45,150 nucleotides of DNA from Actinomycetota bacterium (GCA_050258195.1 JBLMYI010000052.1:1-45150), one strand, 5' to 3'. Numbered from the stretch's first letter, positions 1-11,853 are shown. Numbers and translations are program-made. The notes: a model not told the origin generated them from the letters alone.

Positions 1-1147
1 ACAGCTCCTCCTCCCCGCAGAGGTAGCGGTGGAATCGGGTGAAGAGGTAGCGGGAGTCGTGCGGCCCGGGGGACGCCTCCGGGTGGTATTGCACGGAGAA
101 GCAGCGCATCGAGGGAACGGAGAGCCCCTCCACGGTCCCGTCGTTCAGGTTCACGTGGGTGATCCGGGCGGCGCCGCCGAGAGAGGCGGGATCGACGGAA
201 TAGTTGTGGTTCTGGCTGGTGATCTCGACCTTGCCGGTCGCCAGGTCCTTCACCGGCTGGTTGCAACCGTGGTGGCCGAACTTCAGCTTGAACGTCTTTC
301 CCCCCAGCGCGAGCCCCATGATCTGGTGTCCGAGGCAGATCCCGAACATCGGGACCTTCCCGAGGATCGCTCGGACCGTTTCGACGGCGTACGGCACACC
401 TTCGGGATCCCCCGGACCGTTCGACAGGAAGACGCCGTCCGGAGAGTAAGAGAGAATCTCCGACGGGCCGGCGCCGGCCGGAACGACGGTGACGTCGAAC
501 CCGTGGGAGACCATCATCCGGAGGATGTTCTGCTTGATGCCGTAGTCGATCGCGACGATCCGCGGGACGCGCCCGAACCTGGCCCGGAACGCGGCCGCCG
601 GCAGGTACCCCTTCTCGATGTCCCAGTCCCCGGTGGTCCAATGGACCGCGCGCTCGGAGGTGACCTCCTTCACCAGGTCGCGCCCCACGAGGGAAGGGAG
701 CCCGCTTGCTTTCCGCGCAAGGCGACCGACGTCGGCCTCGATCGACGAGAGGACCGCCATCTGGGAGCCGCCGTCGCGGAGGCGCCGTGTGAGGGCGCGG
801 GTGTCGATTCCCGCGATCCCGCAGACGTGATACCGCCGAAGGTACGCGTCGAGGGACTCGACGTGCCGCCAGTTCGAGGGCGGGCCCCAGGCCTCCCGGA
901 CGATGAACCCCTCGACCCAGGGCCGGTTCGATTCCACGTCCTCCGGGTTGATCCCCGTGTTCCCGATCTCCGGGTACGTCATCGTGACGATCTGGCCCTT
1001 GTAGGACGGATCCGTGAGCACTTCCTGGTACCCGGACATGGCGGTGTTGAAGACGACTTCGCCGGAGCACTCCCCCTCGTAGCCGAAGGCGGTCCCCCCG
1101 AAGGTCGTGCCGTCCGCGAGGACGAGAAGGGCTTTCCGGTCAGGCAT
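1..1147 (-). CDS. carA: Carbamoyl-phosphate synthase small subunit (3' end at window edge; not in ORF track)
   Basis: Both ends translated by hand: [53 protein letters not shown]... and ...[24 protein letters not shown] at 1147 overlaps the pyrC end. No stop codon is complete within the window. Confidence 0.96.
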   Translation of the reverse strand, partial: MPDRKALLVLADGTTFGGTAFGYEGECSGEVVFNTAMSGYQEVLTDPSYKGQIVTMTYPEIGNTGINPEDVESNRPWVEGFIVREAWGPPSNWRHVESLDAYLRRYHVCGIAGIDTRALTRRLRDGGSQMAVLSSIEADVGRLARKASGLPSLVGRDLVKEVTSERAVHWTTGDWDIEKGYLPAAAFRARFGRVPRIVAIDYGIKQNILRMMVSHGFDVTVVPAGAGPSEILSYSPDGVFLSNGPGDPEGVPYAVETVRAILGKVPMFGICLGHQIMGLALGGKTFKLKFGHHGCNQPVKDLATGKVEITSQNHNYSVDPASLGGAARITHVNLNDGTVEGLSVPSMRCFSVQYHPEASPGPHDSRYLFTRFHRYLCGEEEL

Positions 1148-2441
1148 CCGTCGGGACTCCCGCGATCGTCGCATGGCGGACCCGCCCTCCGCAGATCGTC
1201 GCGGCCGCGCGGCCGCGCATCTTCCATCCGAGGAAGGGGCTGTTCTTCGACTTCGACAGCACGTCCCCGGGGCCGAATTCCCATTCCGCCTCGGGGTCGA
1301 TGATCGTGACGTCGGCGTCGGCGCCGGCGGCGAGCGTTCCCTTCCCCCGCAGGCCGAGGATCCGCGCGGGGCCGGTGGACAGGAGGTCGACGAGGCGCAT
1401 CGGACCGACTTTTCCCCCCCCCAGCAGGGAAAGCGCGAGAGGGAGGGAAGTCTGCAGGCCGATGATGCCGTTGGCGGCGGCGGCGAACTCGCACTTCTTG
1501 ACGTACGCCTCGTGGGGGGCGTGGTCGCAGGCGATCGCGTCGATCGTTCCGTCCTGGATCCCTTCGAGGATCGCCATCCGGTCCTCTTCGCCGCGCAGCG
1601 GGGGGTTCATCTTCGCGTTCGTGTCGTACCCCTCGAGGGCCGCGTCGGTCAGGGAGAAGTATTGAGGGGCGGTTTCCCCCGTGACGTCGAGGCCCGCGCG
1701 GCGGGCCATTCGCAGGAGATCCACCCCCATCCGGGTGCTGATATGCTGGATGTGAAGCTTCCCCCCCGTCTGCCGGGCGATCAGGATGTCCCGGGCGATG
1801 GCGACCTCCTCCGCGGCGGAGGGGATCCCGGGGATCCCGAGCTTCCGGGCGGTCCACCCTTCGTGGGCCGCGCCGCCGCCGGCGAGGACCGCGTCCTCCG
1901 CGTGGGAGAGGATGCGGTACCCGAAGGGACGGACGTACTCCATCGCGCGGCGCATCAGGAGGGAGTTCTCCACCGGTTTGCCGTCGTCCGAAAACGCCAC
2001 CGCCCCGGCGTCGGCGAGCTCGGAGAAGTCCGCCATCTCCTTCCCTTCGAGACCGCGGGTCACGGCGGCCACGGGGAAGACGTTGGAATATCCTTCCCGG
2101 CGCGCTTTCTCGACGATATGCCGGGTGACCTCCGGGGAGTCGTTGACCGGATTCGTGTTCGCCATGCAGACGACCGACGTGAACCCGCCCGCGGCGGCGG
2201 CGCGTGTCCCGGTGACGATATCCTCTTTCCACTCGTACCCCGGATCCCGCAGGTGAACGTGCATGTCGATCAGGCCGGGCACGACCCACATCCCCTCCGC
2301 GGAGATCACCTTCCCCTGGAACCGCGCGGGGGGATCGCCCCCCAGGAATTCGCGAACCTTCCCGTCCTCCAGCACCAGGTGACCGATCTCGTCCCGACCG
2401 GACGCCGGGTCGATCACCCTCCCACCCTTAATGAGCACCAT
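1140..2441 (-). CDS. pyrC: Dihydroorotase (type I)
   Basis: Motifs [36 protein letters not shown]. Start trimmed to MVLIKGG at 2441. Confidence 0.96.
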   Translation of the reverse strand: MVLIKGGRVIDPASGRDEIGHLVLEDGKVREFLGGDPPARFQGKVISAEGMWVVPGLIDMHVHLRDPGYEWKEDIVTGTRAAAAGGFTSVVCMANTNPVNDSPEVTRHIVEKARREGYSNVFPVAAVTRGLEGKEMADFSELADAGAVAFSDDGKPVENSLLMRRAMEYVRPFGYRILSHAEDAVLAGGGAAHEGWTARKLGIPGIPSAAEEVAIARDILIARQTGGKLHIQHISTRMGVDLLRMARRAGLDVTGETAPQYFSLTDAALEGYDTNAKMNPPLRGEEDRMAILEGIQDGTIDAIACDHAPHEAYVKKCEFAAAANGIIGLQTSLPLALSLLGGGKVGPMRLVDLLSTGPARILGLRGKGTLAAGADADVTIIDPEAEWEFGPGDVLSKSKNSPFLGWKMRGRAAATICGGRVRHATIAGVPTDA

Positions 2442-3360
2442 GGGAACCTCCCGCGAGAAGGTAAAGAAGCGCCATCCGGACAGCCACCCCCGACTCGACC
2501 TGCCGCAGCACCAGGGAGCGTTCGCAGTCGGCCAACTCGTCGGACAGCTCCACGCCACGGTTGATCGGCCCCGGGTGCATGATCACCGCGTCATCTTTCG
2601 CGAGCGAGAAGGTCTCGCGGTTCAAGCCAAACCTTTGGGAATACTCCCTTAGTGACGGGAAATAGGACGTTTTTTGCCTTTCAAGCTGGATCCTGAGCAT
2701 GATGATGACATCGGCCCCCCGGACCGCTTCCCGAATGTCGCTCGTCACGACCGCTCCGGTCCGCTCCATCTCCCGCGGAACGAGGGTCGCCGGTCCGCAC
2801 AGCCATAGCTTCGCGCCCATCCTTCCGAGGGAGTGGAGGTCCGACCGGACAACCCGGCTGTGCAGGATATCGCCAACGATGGCGATCTTGAGCCCGTCGA
2901 TCTTCCCCTTCACCTTCAGGATCGTGTAGAGGTCGAGCAGGCCCTGGGATGGGTGCTCGTTCGCGCCGTCCCCCGCGTTGATGATCGAGCAGGAGACGTG
3001 GCGGGACAGGAAAAGGGCCGCACCCGACGCGGAGTGCCGGACGACGAGGATGTTGGGCTTCATCGCCTCGATGTTCCGGGCCGTGTCGAGGAGCGTCTCG
3101 CCCTTCGTTACGCTCGATGTGCCGGAGCTGAAGTTCACCACGTCGGCCGAGAGGCGCTTTCCGGCGATCTCGAACGATGTCCGGGTCCGCGTGCTGGGCT
3201 CGAAAAAGAGGTTGATCACGGTTTTCCCCCGCAGCGCGGGGACCTTCTTTATGTCCCGCGTGAGCACCTCCTCCATCGACCGCGCGGTGTCGATGACGAA
3301 CTCCATCTCTTCCGGGTGGAAGTCGGACAGCCCGAGGACGTGCCGGCGATGCCATTCCAT
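2428..3360 (-). CDS. pyrB: Aspartate carbamoyltransferase catalytic subunit
   Basis: Motifs [36 protein letters not shown]. Confidence 0.97.
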   Translation of the reverse strand: MEWHRRHVLGLSDFHPEEMEFVIDTARSMEEVLTRDIKKVPALRGKTVINLFFEPSTRTRTSFEIAGKRLSADVVNFSSGTSSVTKGETLLDTARNIEAMKPNILVVRHSASGAALFLSRHVSCSIINAGDGANEHPSQGLLDLYTILKVKGKIDGLKIAIVGDILHSRVVRSDLHSLGRMGAKLWLCGPATLVPREMERTGAVVTSDIREAVRGADVIIMLRIQLERQKTSYFPSLREYSQRFGLNRETFSLAKDDAVIMHPGPINRGVELSDELADCERSLVLRQVESGVAVRMALLYLLAGGSHGAH

Positions 3361-3363
3361 GGC

Positions 3364-3924
3364 CTATTCCCCCTTCCCTTGCGGATCTTCCTTCAAGAGG
3401 ACCGCCCATTCCTCCGGCGTCCCCTTCACCCGGACCATGACGGTCTCCGACCTGGACGTTGGAACGTTCCGCCCCACGAAGTCGGCGCGGATGGGCAGCT
3501 CGCGGTGCCCCCGGTCGATGAGGACCGCCAGCTGGATGTTCCGCGGTCGGCCGAAGTCGATCAGCGCGTCCATGGCAGCACGGATCGTCCTGCCCGTGTA
3601 GAGGACGTCGTCGACCAGGATCACCTTCTTGTCGTCGATCGAGAACGGGATCTCCGTCCGCTTCATCCGCGCCTGGTATCCCGCGCGGGCCAGGTCGTCC
3701 CGGTAGAGGGTGATGTCGACGAACCCGGTGGGTACGTCCACCCCTTCGATCACCTGGATCTTCCGCCGGATCACCTGGGAAAGGGGGATCCCCCCCGAGG
3801 CGATGCCGACGAGGACGATCTGCCCCGCCCCCTTGTTCTTCTCGATGATCTCGTGGGTCAGTCGGGAGAGGACGCGTTCCACGCCCTTGCCGTCCAGGAG
3901 CGTCTTCATGCCGGTTTTCTTCAT
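3364..3924 (-). CDS. pyrR: Pyrimidine operon attenuation protein / uracil phosphoribosyltransferase PyrR
   Basis: Motifs DITLYRDD, VDDVLYTGRTIRAA, DRGHRELPIRADFVG. Start placed at ATG 3924 (alternative 3909), downstream of the attenuator. Confidence 0.96.
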   Translation of the reverse strand: MKKTGMKTLLDGKGVERVLSRLTHEIIEKNKGAGQIVLVGIASGGIPLSQVIRRKIQVIEGVDVPTGFVDITLYRDDLARAGYQARMKRTEIPFSIDDKKVILVDDVLYTGRTIRAAMDALIDFGRPRNIQLAVLIDRGHRELPIRADFVGRNVPTSRSETVMVRVKGTPEEWAVLLKEDPQGKGE

Positions 3925-3967
3925 GGGGTAGGCCCTCTCGTCCCGGCCGGTGTGCCGGCGTCGGGCG

Positions 3968-4003
3968 AAAAAAAATGCCTCTCCGTCGTCGCGGAGAGGC
4001 ATT
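3968..4003 (-). terminator. Intrinsic terminator of the pyr leader attenuator
   Basis: mRNA AAUGCCUCUCCG-cgacga-CGGAGAGGCAUU followed by a U run (8 U in total), between the promoter and pyrR. Confidence 0.92.
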
Positions 4004-4025
4004 GTCGTGATCGGCAACTCTTCAT

Positions 4026-4058
4026 CCTTTGCTAACCTCACGGGATTAGCTTAAAAGG
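4026..4058 (-). promoter_or_regulatory. PyrR-binding RNA hairpin (anti-antiterminator)
   Basis: mRNA CCUUUUAAGCUAAUCCCGUGAGGUUAGCAAAGG contains UUUAA and AAUCCCGUGAGGUU, matching the ARUCCNGNGAGGYU PyrR consensus. Confidence 0.92.
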
Positions 4059-4067
4059 CCACTCCGC

Positions 4068-4096
4068 ATACTACCCTTACCCCCCTCCCGAGTCAA
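4068..4096 (-). promoter_or_regulatory. Sigma70-type promoter of the pyr operon
   Basis: TTGACT-N17-TAGTAT, ending 9 nt upstream of the PyrR hairpin. Confidence 0.8.
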
Positions 4097-4117
4097 CGGC
4101 AAAGGGAAGCCCGGGCG

Positions 4118-4789
4118 TTAATGCAAAACGCGTCCGATCCGATCCCAGCGGACGAGCTCGGGGTAGCGCCCCACGTCCGTCCATCCGATGCCGCGATTCC
4201 AGTCGATCGAGAAGTAGATGAACATCGCCTTGCCGATGACGGCGTCCATGTCGACGAACCCCCAGAAGCGGGAGTCGTACGACCGGTCGCGGTTGTCCCC
4301 CATCATGAAGATTTTCCCGGGAGGCACCCGCACGGGGGGCATGTCGTCCCTGCCGCGAACGTATTCGTCGGGGTCCTTCCCGTCCGCGAACCTCGTGTAT
4401 TTCTCCACGAGGGGGTCGCCGTTGATGTAGACGGTCTTCCGCCGGATCTCCACGACGTCCCCCGGGGTCCCGATGACGCGCTTGATGAAATCCTTGCTCG
4501 GATCCTCGGGGAAGACGAAGACGACGATGTCGCCGCGCTTCGGCGTGGTGAAGGCGAGGATCCGCCCTTTCGTGAAGGGCACGTGGTACCCGTAGATGAA
4601 CTTGTTCACGAAGATGTGGTCCCCGATCAGGAGCGTGTTCTCCATGCTTCCCGACGGGATCTTGAACGCCTGCAGGAAGAGGGTGCGGACGATCAGGGCG
4701 ATGATCAGGGCGACGCCGAACGCCTCCGCGTACTCCCGGGCCTTCCCCTTCTTCTTCGCCGTCACGCCCTCCGGAATTCGTTTCCGCAT
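4118..4789 (-). CDS. lepB: Signal peptidase I
   Basis: Transmembrane helix, then PSGSMENTL, DFIKRVIG and GDNRDRSYDSR. Start trimmed to MRKRIPEG, just after lepA. Confidence 0.96.
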   Translation of the reverse strand: MRKRIPEGVTAKKKGKAREYAEAFGVALIIALIVRTLFLQAFKIPSGSMENTLLIGDHIFVNKFIYGYHVPFTKGRILAFTTPKRGDIVVFVFPEDPSKDFIKRVIGTPGDVVEIRRKTVYINGDPLVEKYTRFADGKDPDEYVRGRDDMPPVRVPPGKIFMMGDNRDRSYDSRFWGFVDMDAVIGKAMFIYFSIDWNRGIGWTDVGRYPELVRWDRIGRVLH

Positions 4790-4794
4790 CCTGA

Positions 4795-6594
4795 CTACTC
4801 CTTGACCTTGAGGATCGAGAGAAAGGCTTCCTGGGGGATTTCGACGGAGCCGACCTGCTTCATCCGCTTCTTCCCTTCCTTCTGCTTCTCCAGGAGCTTC
4901 CGCTTCCTGGAGATGTCGCCGCCGTAGCATTTCGCGATGACGTTCTTCCGGATCGCCTTGACCGATTCCCGGGCGATGATCTTCCCCCCGATCGCGGCCT
5001 GGATGACCACCTCGAACATCTGCCGGGGGATCAGCTTCCGCAGGCGCTCCGTGACGTCCCGCCCCTTCGGGTAGGCGTTGTCCCGGTGGACGATGAGCGA
5101 CAGGGCGTCCACCTTGTCCCCGTTCAGCAGGATGTCGAGCCGCACCAGGCTGGACTCCTGGAATCGGAGGAATTCGTAATCCATCGAGGCGTAACCCCGG
5201 GAGGCGGTCTTGAGCTTGTCGTAGAAGTCGAGAACGATCTCGTTCAGCGGAAGTTCGTACTCGAGGATGACCCGGTTTGCGGATACGAACTTCATCTGCC
5301 GCTGAACGCCCCGCCGCTCCTCGCAAAGCTTGAGGACGTTTCCCAGGTATTCCGCCGGCAGGTGGATCGTCGCGTGGATGATCGGCTCCTCGATATGGTC
5401 GAGCTCGAGCGGTTCCGGAAGCCGGGCGGGACTGTCGACTTCCAGTACCGCGCCGTCGATCTTCGCCGCGCGGTACCCGACGGTGGGAGCCGTTGTGATG
5501 AGCTGCACGTCGTATTCGCGTTCCAGCCGCTCCTGGATGATCTCCATGTGGAGCAGCCCGAGAAATCCGCACCGGAAGCCGAATCCCAGCGCCACGGAGC
5601 TCTCCGGCTCCGCAGTGAACGAGGAATCGTTCAGCCGCAGCTTGTCGATCGCCGTCCGCAGCTGGGGATACTGGTCGGAGGCGAGGGGGTATACGCCCGC
5701 GAACACCATCGGCCGGACGACCTTGAACCCGGGGAGCGGGCTGGCGGCGGGATGGCGCGCATCGGTGATCGTGTCGCCTACCTTCGTCTCGGTCAGTTCC
5801 TTGATGTTCGCGATCACGAAGCCGACCTCCCCGGTTCCCAGCGCCGGGAGCTCCTTCGGGTGGGGAGAGAAGACGCCGACCTTCTGCACCTCGAACGAAT
5901 TCCCCGTCGCCATGAAGGTGACCCGCTGACCGGATCGGATCGCGCCGTCCTGCACCCGGGCGAGAACGACCACGCCGGCGTAATTGTCGAACCAGGAATC
6001 GATGATCAACGCCTTGGTCGGCGCGCCCGGATCCCCCTCGGGGGGAGGGATCACCCTGATCACCTTTTCCAGGAGCTCCGGAACCCCGGTCCCCTTTTTC
6101 GCGCTGACCGCGAGGATCCCGGAGGTGTCGAGGCCGATGACGTCCTCGATTTCCTGCCGCACCCGCTCGGTTTCGGCGTTCGGAAGATCGATTTTGTTCA
6201 GGACCGGGATGACCTCGAGGTTCAGGTCGAGCGCCATGTAGACGTTGGCCAGCGTCTGGGCCTCGACTCCCTGCGAGGCGTCCACGACGAGGACCGCCCC
6301 TTCGCAGGCGCTCAGGCTCCGGGATACCTCGTAGGAGAAATCGACGTGCCCAGGAGTGTCGATCAGGTTGAGGATGTATTCCTTCCCGTCCTCCGCGCGA
6401 TGGCTCATCCGGACGGTCTGGGCCTTGATCGTGATCCCCCGCTCCCGCTCGAGGTCCATCTTGTCGAGGAACTGGTCGACCCTCTCCCGGTCCGAAAGGG
6501 TGCCGGTGATCTCGAGGAGGCGGTCGGCCAGGGTGGACTTCCCGTGGTCGATGTGGGCGATGATGGAGAAATTGCGGATGTTCTCTATTCGCAT
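4795..6594 (-). CDS. lepA: Elongation factor 4 (LepA)
   Basis: Motifs [50 protein letters not shown]. Confidence 0.98.
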   Translation of the reverse strand: MRIENIRNFSIIAHIDHGKSTLADRLLEITGTLSDRERVDQFLDKMDLERERGITIKAQTVRMSHRAEDGKEYILNLIDTPGHVDFSYEVSRSLSACEGAVLVVDASQGVEAQTLANVYMALDLNLEVIPVLNKIDLPNAETERVRQEIEDVIGLDTSGILAVSAKKGTGVPELLEKVIRVIPPPEGDPGAPTKALIIDSWFDNYAGVVVLARVQDGAIRSGQRVTFMATGNSFEVQKVGVFSPHPKELPALGTGEVGFVIANIKELTETKVGDTITDARHPAASPLPGFKVVRPMVFAGVYPLASDQYPQLRTAIDKLRLNDSSFTAEPESSVALGFGFRCGFLGLLHMEIIQERLEREYDVQLITTAPTVGYRAAKIDGAVLEVDSPARLPEPLELDHIEEPIIHATIHLPAEYLGNVLKLCEERRGVQRQMKFVSANRVILEYELPLNEIVLDFYDKLKTASRGYASMDYEFLRFQESSLVRLDILLNGDKVDALSLIVHRDNAYPKGRDVTERLRKLIPRQMFEVVIQAAIGGKIIARESVKAIRKNVIAKCYGGDISRKRKLLEKQKEGKKRMKQVGSVEIPQEAFLSILKVKE

Positions 6595-6596
6595 GT

Positions 6597-7535
6597 TTAC
6601 CAGGTTCCGGAGGATTTCACCTTGTCTCGGAAGTACGCCAGCGTGAGGGCGAGCCCGTCTTCCAACGAAACCTCAGGATACCATCCCAACTCGTTGAAGG
6701 CCATCCCGTTTTCGATGACCGACCGCCGCTGCTCCCCCGGCATCGCCGGCCCGTGGATCTCTTCCTGACGGCTCCCGGAGAGGTCCCGGAGCGCCCGGAA
6801 GATGGTGTTCACGTCGGTCTCGATCCCGGTGCCGATGTTGACGGAGAGTCCGTCCCCGCGGGCGAGCGCCGCGATGTTGGCCCGCACGACATCGCCGACG
6901 TAGACGTAATCGCGGGTCTGCAATCCGTCGCCGTTGATGAGGGCGGCCTGTCCCTTCAGCATCCGCTCGCAGAAGATGGCGACCACGCCCGCCTCCCCGT
7001 GGGGATCCTGCCGCGGTCCGTACACGTTCGAGTACCGCAGCGCCGTGTATTCCAGCCCGTACTGCAGCCGGTAGTAGCGGAGATAGAGTTCCACGGAGAC
7101 CTTCGCCACCCCGTAGGGGGAAACGGGCCGCAGCGGGTGCTCTTCGTCCGCGGGGAAGTACTCCTGCTCGCCGTAGCCGGCGCCTCCGGAGGAGGAGAAG
7201 ATCACCTTCCGGACCCCGTGCTGCCGCGCCGCCTCGAGGAGGACGAGCGTGTTCAGGATGTTCTCCCTGGCGTCGAAGACGGGATCGGCCACGGACCGGC
7301 GCACGTTGATCTGGGCCGCGTGGTGGCAGAGGACCTCCGGCCGGAAGGTCCGGATCGCCTCGACGGCGGTGTCCGAGCCCGCGTCCCCGAAGACGAACCG
7401 CGCGCCCTCTGGGACGTTCTCCTTCCTCCCGGAGGAGAGGTTGTCCAGCACGAGGACCTCGTGACCCGCCTCGACGAACGCCTGCGCGACATGGGAGGCG
7501 ATGAACCCCGCCCCCCCTGTGACCACGATCCGCAT
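6597..7535 (-). CDS. NAD-dependent epimerase/dehydratase (UDP-glucose 4-epimerase-like)
   Basis: [15 protein letters not shown] Rossmann motif, YGVAK (YxxxK), [19 protein letters not shown]. Start trimmed to 7535. Confidence 0.9.
   Translation of the reverse strand: MRIVVTGGAGFIASHVAQAFVEAGHEVLVLDNLSSGRKENVPEGARFVFGDAGSDTAVEAIRTFRPEVLCHHAAQINVRRSVADPVFDARENILNTLVLLEAARQHGVRKVIFSSSGGAGYGEQEYFPADEEHPLRPVSPYGVAKVSVELYLRYYRLQYGLEYTALRYSNVYGPRQDPHGEAGVVAIFCERMLKGQAALINGDGLQTRDYVYVGDVVRANIAALARGDGLSVNIGTGIETDVNTIFRALRDLSGSRQEEIHGPAMPGEQRRSVIENGMAFNELGWYPEVSLEDGLALTLAYFRDKVKSSGTW
6675..6683 (-). promoter_or_regulatory. Candidate extended -10 internal promoter for lepA-lepB
   Basis: TGgTATCCT about 80 nt upstream of the lepA ATG, in a patch of AT-richer codons. 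The -35 element is weak. Confidence 0.3.
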
Positions 7536-7573
7536 CGCATCCCCTCCCGGCCTCGATCTCGTCCGCCGCCTCT

Positions 7574-9721
7574 TCAGTTCCCCACGGAGCCGATCCCCTT
7601 CAAGCCGAACGTCAACTTCATGCTCGTGTCGTCGGGCTGGGTCTTCCGCTCCACCGTGAACCCGACGTTCCAGCAGTCGCTTCGCGGGAAGATCGATACC
7701 CCCACCTTCCCATCGGAAAGGTAGCCGTTCCTCATGGAGTAGCTCGCCTGCGTCTGAAGCCGAAGCCAGCGCATCAGCCGCCACGCGAAGACCCCCCGCA
7801 CGTCTTCCGCCAGCCCCCTGGAATAGCGGTACTCGGCCAGGATCCTGTGATCCTCGTCTCTCTTGTATTCCCCGCTGACGGCGCCGACCGTGAAGGAGCT
7901 CTCCACCGGATCGAAGAGCGCCTCCCCCTGGAATCGCCATCGCTCGACCGGGGTCAATCCGATGATCGTGTAGATGTCCGAGGCGGCGTTGTTCTTCTTC
8001 GGGGGGCGCCCGGCTCCCGTGTCGATCTGGTCCCTCAGGGCCCTCACGTAGGGGGCGAGCGGATCTACGTACGGGCTCGAGGGCGATTCGCTGCCTCCGA
8101 GATCATAAGCCCACTCGACGTGGAACGACAGGTACTCCTTCGGCGCGGCGCCCTCCTTCACCCCGAGAAGGCGCTGAGTAAGCGTCAAGAGAAACTGGCT
8201 CTGGGGGGCCACCCGCGACCAGCGGTCGGTGACGGGAAGATCGTCCTGGCCGATCTTCGGAACGTAGCGAAAGCCCGCGGAGGCCCTGGCCGTATGGACG
8301 AGACCCTTCCCGAGGATATCCTTGCGGGCATCCGCCGAAAGCGTCGCCCCGCCCCCGGGCACGAAACGACCGCGATCGGTCGGGTCCCCGGCGGCAGGGT
8401 CGAACCGGGTTCCGAGAACGTCCCCGAAAAGGTACGGCACGAGGGTGAAGGAACGGTACAGCGGAATCGCCCGTGAAACCTCCCCGAACCCCCTCGCGCG
8501 AAGTTCGTCGAAGCCGTTCCTGCGCTGGAACCGGGTCGCGGAGATCTCCCCGGAAAGATCGACCCCGGGGACCGGGATGCTTACGGGGAGAAGCGTCATC
8601 GTATACTCCGGCGCTCTCTGCGCGGTGTTGTCCGGACCCGGGATCTCCTGGAGGTCCTTGTTCCACAGAATCGAGACCGCGTGTTCCGTGTGCGCGCCCG
8701 TCGTGGACACGAACCCCTCCGACCGGGCGTGGCGCGCCGAGATGAGCGCGTTATTGTCGACCAGGTCGAGGTAATACCGGGGGTCCGACGGCATTTCCAG
8801 GGTCGCGTTCGCGGTGATGGGACCGGAACGGTAGACGTTTTCCCCGTAATATCGCGCCCGGTTCCGTTCTTCGACGCGGTCCCGGAAGATCGTCGCGCGG
8901 AACGCCCCCTCCGACTTCGGGTTCGGGACGAACCGGTACTCGGCTTCCGGGCGGTACCCGCGGCGGCTCATCGCTTCGAGCGTCACGGTGGCGTCGCTCC
9001 ATCGGTTGATCACCTGGTAGTACGGCACCTGCAGCGCAAATCCCCTGGACCGGTTGGAGGAGAAGTTCGGGAAAAGGAGTCCGCTCTGCCGCGTCATCTT
9101 GACGGGAAACGCTCCCCATGGCAGCCAGAGGACCGGGACGCCCCGGACGCGGAACGTGATGTCCTTCCCTACCGCGTACCGGTCGAGGGTGACCCTGGCG
9201 CGGCGCACCTCGAATTTCCAGTCCGGCTCGGGGTCGCACGGGCACGTGGTCAAGGTCCCCTTCTCGATCAGAAACGAGCTCTTCCCTGTCTTCGCGATCT
9301 TCTGGCTCGCGATGAGATAATTGCTGGTGCTGATCCGGATGGTGCCGTTGTAGAGGATTCCCGTCTCCGAGTCGAGGTTGATCGTGATCCGGTCGAACGC
9401 GAACTCCTCGTCGGCATCCTTGTACCGCACCTTCCCGGTCAGGTCCGCCTCCCCGGTCAACGAATCGTACCGGATCCGGTCGGCGCGCATCGTGCGGGTT
9501 CCGAACTCCAGTTCGACGTTCCCCTCCGCCACGGCGACCCCGGTCTCCTCGTCGTACGATAGCTTGTCGGCGGTCATGTGAACCGGGGCGTCGAGGCGGA
9601 TCCCCTGTTTCGAGAACCCTTTCATGGCCGATGGAAGGGGAAAACGCGCCTCCGCGGAGACGCCCGCGACGCCCGCGACGGTCAGCAGGAGGCCGATGAG
9701 GAGGCGCCGAAGGGAAATCAC
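7574..9721 (-). CDS. lptD: LPS-assembly outer membrane protein LptD
   Basis: Signal peptide (GTG start overlapping the folC stop, GTGA), OstA-like N-terminal domain (ADKLSYDEETGVAVAEGNV), TTCPCDPEPDW, RQSGLLFP, VPYY, and a C-terminus DCW...LKGIG. Confidence 0.88.
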   Translation of the reverse strand: MISLRRLLIGLLLTVAGVAGVSAEARFPLPSAMKGFSKQGIRLDAPVHMTADKLSYDEETGVAVAEGNVELEFGTRTMRADRIRYDSLTGEADLTGKVRYKDADEEFAFDRITINLDSETGILYNGTIRISTSNYLIASQKIAKTGKSSFLIEKGTLTTCPCDPEPDWKFEVRRARVTLDRYAVGKDITFRVRGVPVLWLPWGAFPVKMTRQSGLLFPNFSSNRSRGFALQVPYYQVINRWSDATVTLEAMSRRGYRPEAEYRFVPNPKSEGAFRATIFRDRVEERNRARYYGENVYRSGPITANATLEMPSDPRYYLDLVDNNALISARHARSEGFVSTTGAHTEHAVSILWNKDLQEIPGPDNTAQRAPEYTMTLLPVSIPVPGVDLSGEISATRFQRRNGFDELRARGFGEVSRAIPLYRSFTLVPYLFGDVLGTRFDPAAGDPTDRGRFVPGGGATLSADARKDILGKGLVHTARASAGFRYVPKIGQDDLPVTDRWSRVAPQSQFLLTLTQRLLGVKEGAAPKEYLSFHVEWAYDLGGSESPSSPYVDPLAPYVRALRDQIDTGAGRPPKKNNAASDIYTIIGLTPVERWRFQGEALFDPVESSFTVGAVSGEYKRDEDHRILAEYRYSRGLAEDVRGVFAWRLMRWLRLQTQASYSMRNGYLSDGKVGVSIFPRSDCWNVGFTVERKTQPDDTSMKLTFGLKGIGSVGN

Positions 9722-11001
9722 GGGACGAAACCGACGCGATGCCGGTAGGCGTCCCCGGCGGCGGCGAGCGAACCGCACACGAGCACGACGCCCTCTTTCC
9801 CGGCCCATCGGCGGGCGTCCCTCCATCCTTCCGGGAAGCTCCCCGCGAGTCGGAAGGCGATCCCCTCTGCCGCGCAGGCCTCCGCGAGGGCTTCCCCTTC
9901 CGCGCCGCGCGGGTGCGAAAGCGGATACGCCACGACCCCGGCGAGGTGCCGGCCGAGGATCCGCAGGTACCCCCGGGCATCCTTGTCGGAAAGCATGCTC
10001 CACAGGGCGACCACCCGCCTCCCCTTTCCCCAGGGAGGAGCCGCCGAAATCTCCCGCGCCAGGGCGAGCGCCGCCTCCGGGTTGTGCCCGCCGTCGACCC
10101 ACGCCCGCGCGTTCTTCCGGAGAGGGAGAGGACACCATCGACCGGGCCACCGGGAGGCAGGGAGCGCCTTCTCCGCCGCCGCGGCGAAAGCGGTGGGCCC
10201 GATCCCATCGCCGGACGCGAGGAGCCACGAGGCGGCCAGCGCGACGGCGGCGTTGTCGCGCTGGAATCCGCCGATCCTCCCCACCCTCAGCCGGTCGAGA
10301 TCGAGCCCGGGGAGCGACACCGAGAGGATCCCGTCTCGGCGTTCCCTCCAGTCGAAGGTGCGTCCGAGTTCCCAGGCGCGGCAACCGAGCTTCCGTGCGC
10401 GCCGAAGGACGACGGCGCGTGCGGCGGGCCGCAACCTTCCGGTGACGAGGGGGACGCCCTGGCGAAGGATCCCCGCCTTTTCCGCGGCGATGGCTCCCAG
10501 CGTGTTTCCGAGCCACTCCCGGTGATCATAGCCGACGGTGGTGATGACCGACACCGCGGGGCGGCACGCGCTGGTCGCGTCCCATCGTCCGCCAAGCCCC
10601 GTCTCCATGACGACGATCCGGACGCCCTTGCGCCGGAACCAGTCGGAGGCCGACCAGGTCATCTTCTCGAACCAGGTCAGCGGATCCCCGTCGGAGGAGA
10701 GACGCTCCGCGGCCCGGAATCCGTCACGAAGCGCACGGGGGGAGATCGTTTTCCCGTCGATGCGGACCCGCTCTTCCGGTGCGACAAGGTGGGGGGAGGT
10801 GTAGAGGCCGATGGGGCCGAGCGGCAAACCGCGCAGGACGTCGTACGCAAAAGAGGCGGTGGACCCCTTGCCGTTGGTCCCGGCGACGTGGAGGGTGCGG
10901 AACCCCTTCTCAGGGTGACCGGAGTGGGAAAACGCCGAAAGGATCCGGGACAGTCCGGGACGGACGTTTTCCGGGCCGGAAGGTCCGGTTCCCCCGATCA
11001 T
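9718..11001 (-). CDS. folC: Folylpolyglutamate synthase / dihydrofolate synthase
   Basis: Motifs [50 protein letters not shown] overlap with accD. Confidence 0.94.
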   Translation of the reverse strand: MIGGTGPSGPENVRPGLSRILSAFSHSGHPEKGFRTLHVAGTNGKGSTASFAYDVLRGLPLGPIGLYTSPHLVAPEERVRIDGKTISPRALRDGFRAAERLSSDGDPLTWFEKMTWSASDWFRRKGVRIVVMETGLGGRWDATSACRPAVSVITTVGYDHREWLGNTLGAIAAEKAGILRQGVPLVTGRLRPAARAVVLRRARKLGCRAWELGRTFDWRERRDGILSVSLPGLDLDRLRVGRIGGFQRDNAAVALAASWLLASGDGIGPTAFAAAAEKALPASRWPGRWCPLPLRKNARAWVDGGHNPEAALALAREISAAPPWGKGRRVVALWSMLSDKDARGYLRILGRHLAGVVAYPLSHPRGAEGEALAEACAAEGIAFRLAGSFPEGWRDARRWAGKEGVVLVCGSLAAAGDAYRHRVGFVP

Positions 11002-11852
11002 CGATCCCCGGAACCCGACAGGTATCGCAGGATCATCGAAAGCGTCGCCTTGAGGCGGCTGCGTTCCACGATCATGTCCACCATCCCGTGTTCGAGGAGA
11101 AACTCGGCGCGCTGGAACCCCTCCGGCAGCTTCTGCTGGATCGTCTGCTCGATCACCCGCGGCCCCGCGAACCCCACCAGCGCCCCCGGCTCGGAGATGA
11201 TCACGTCCCCCAGCATCGCGAAGCTCGCCGCGACCCCGCCGGTGGTCGGATCGGTCAGCACGCTGATGAAGGGAAGACGGGCATCGGAGAGACGCGCGAG
11301 CGCCGCGCTCGTCTTGGCCATCTGCATCAGGGAGAGGGTCCCTTCCTGCATGCGCGCCCCCCCGGAAGCGCTGAAGATGATGAGAGGGACGCGGGAATCG
11401 AGGGCGACCTCCGCCGCGATGGCGATCTTCTCTCCGACGACGCTTCCCATCGAGCCGCCCTGGAACTCGAAATCGAGCACCGCCAGGGCAACGTCGATCC
11501 CCTGGATCTTCCCCCTCCCCGTGATCACGGCCTCCTTGCGCCCCGTCTTCTTCTTCGCCTCCTTCAGGCGATCGACGTACTTCTTCGTGTCCGTGAAGTT
11601 CAGGACGTCCACGGACTCCATCTCCTCGCCGAACTCGACGAACGTCCCCTCGTCGATCACCGCGCGGATCCGCTCCCGGGCGGGGATCCGGAAGTGGTAG
11701 ACGCATTTGGGGCAGACGTTCAGGTTCCGTTCCACCTCGGGCTTGTAGATGATCTCGAGGCATGCGTCGCACTTGATCCACATCCCCTCGGGGATCTTGA
11801 TCTTCCTGTCGCTTTCGTCCTTTTTCCGGAAGAGTCGAATCGCCATGGTCAT
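10998..11852 (-). CDS. accD: Acetyl-CoA carboxylase carboxyltransferase beta subunit
   Basis: Zn ribbon CDAC...[40 protein letters not shown]. Alternative start at 11846. Confidence 0.97.
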   Translation of the reverse strand: MTMAIRLFRKKDESDRKIKIPEGMWIKCDACLEIIYKPEVERNLNVCPKCVYHFRIPARERIRAVIDEGTFVEFGEEMESVDVLNFTDTKKYVDRLKEAKKKTGRKEAVITGRGKIQGIDVALAVLDFEFQGGSMGSVVGEKIAIAAEVALDSRVPLIIFSASGGARMQEGTLSLMQMAKTSAALARLSDARLPFISVLTDPTTGGVAASFAMLGDVIISEPGALVGFAGPRVIEQTIQQKLPEGFQRAEFLLEHGMVDMIVERSRLKATLSMILRYLSGSGDR

Positions 11853-11853
11853 G

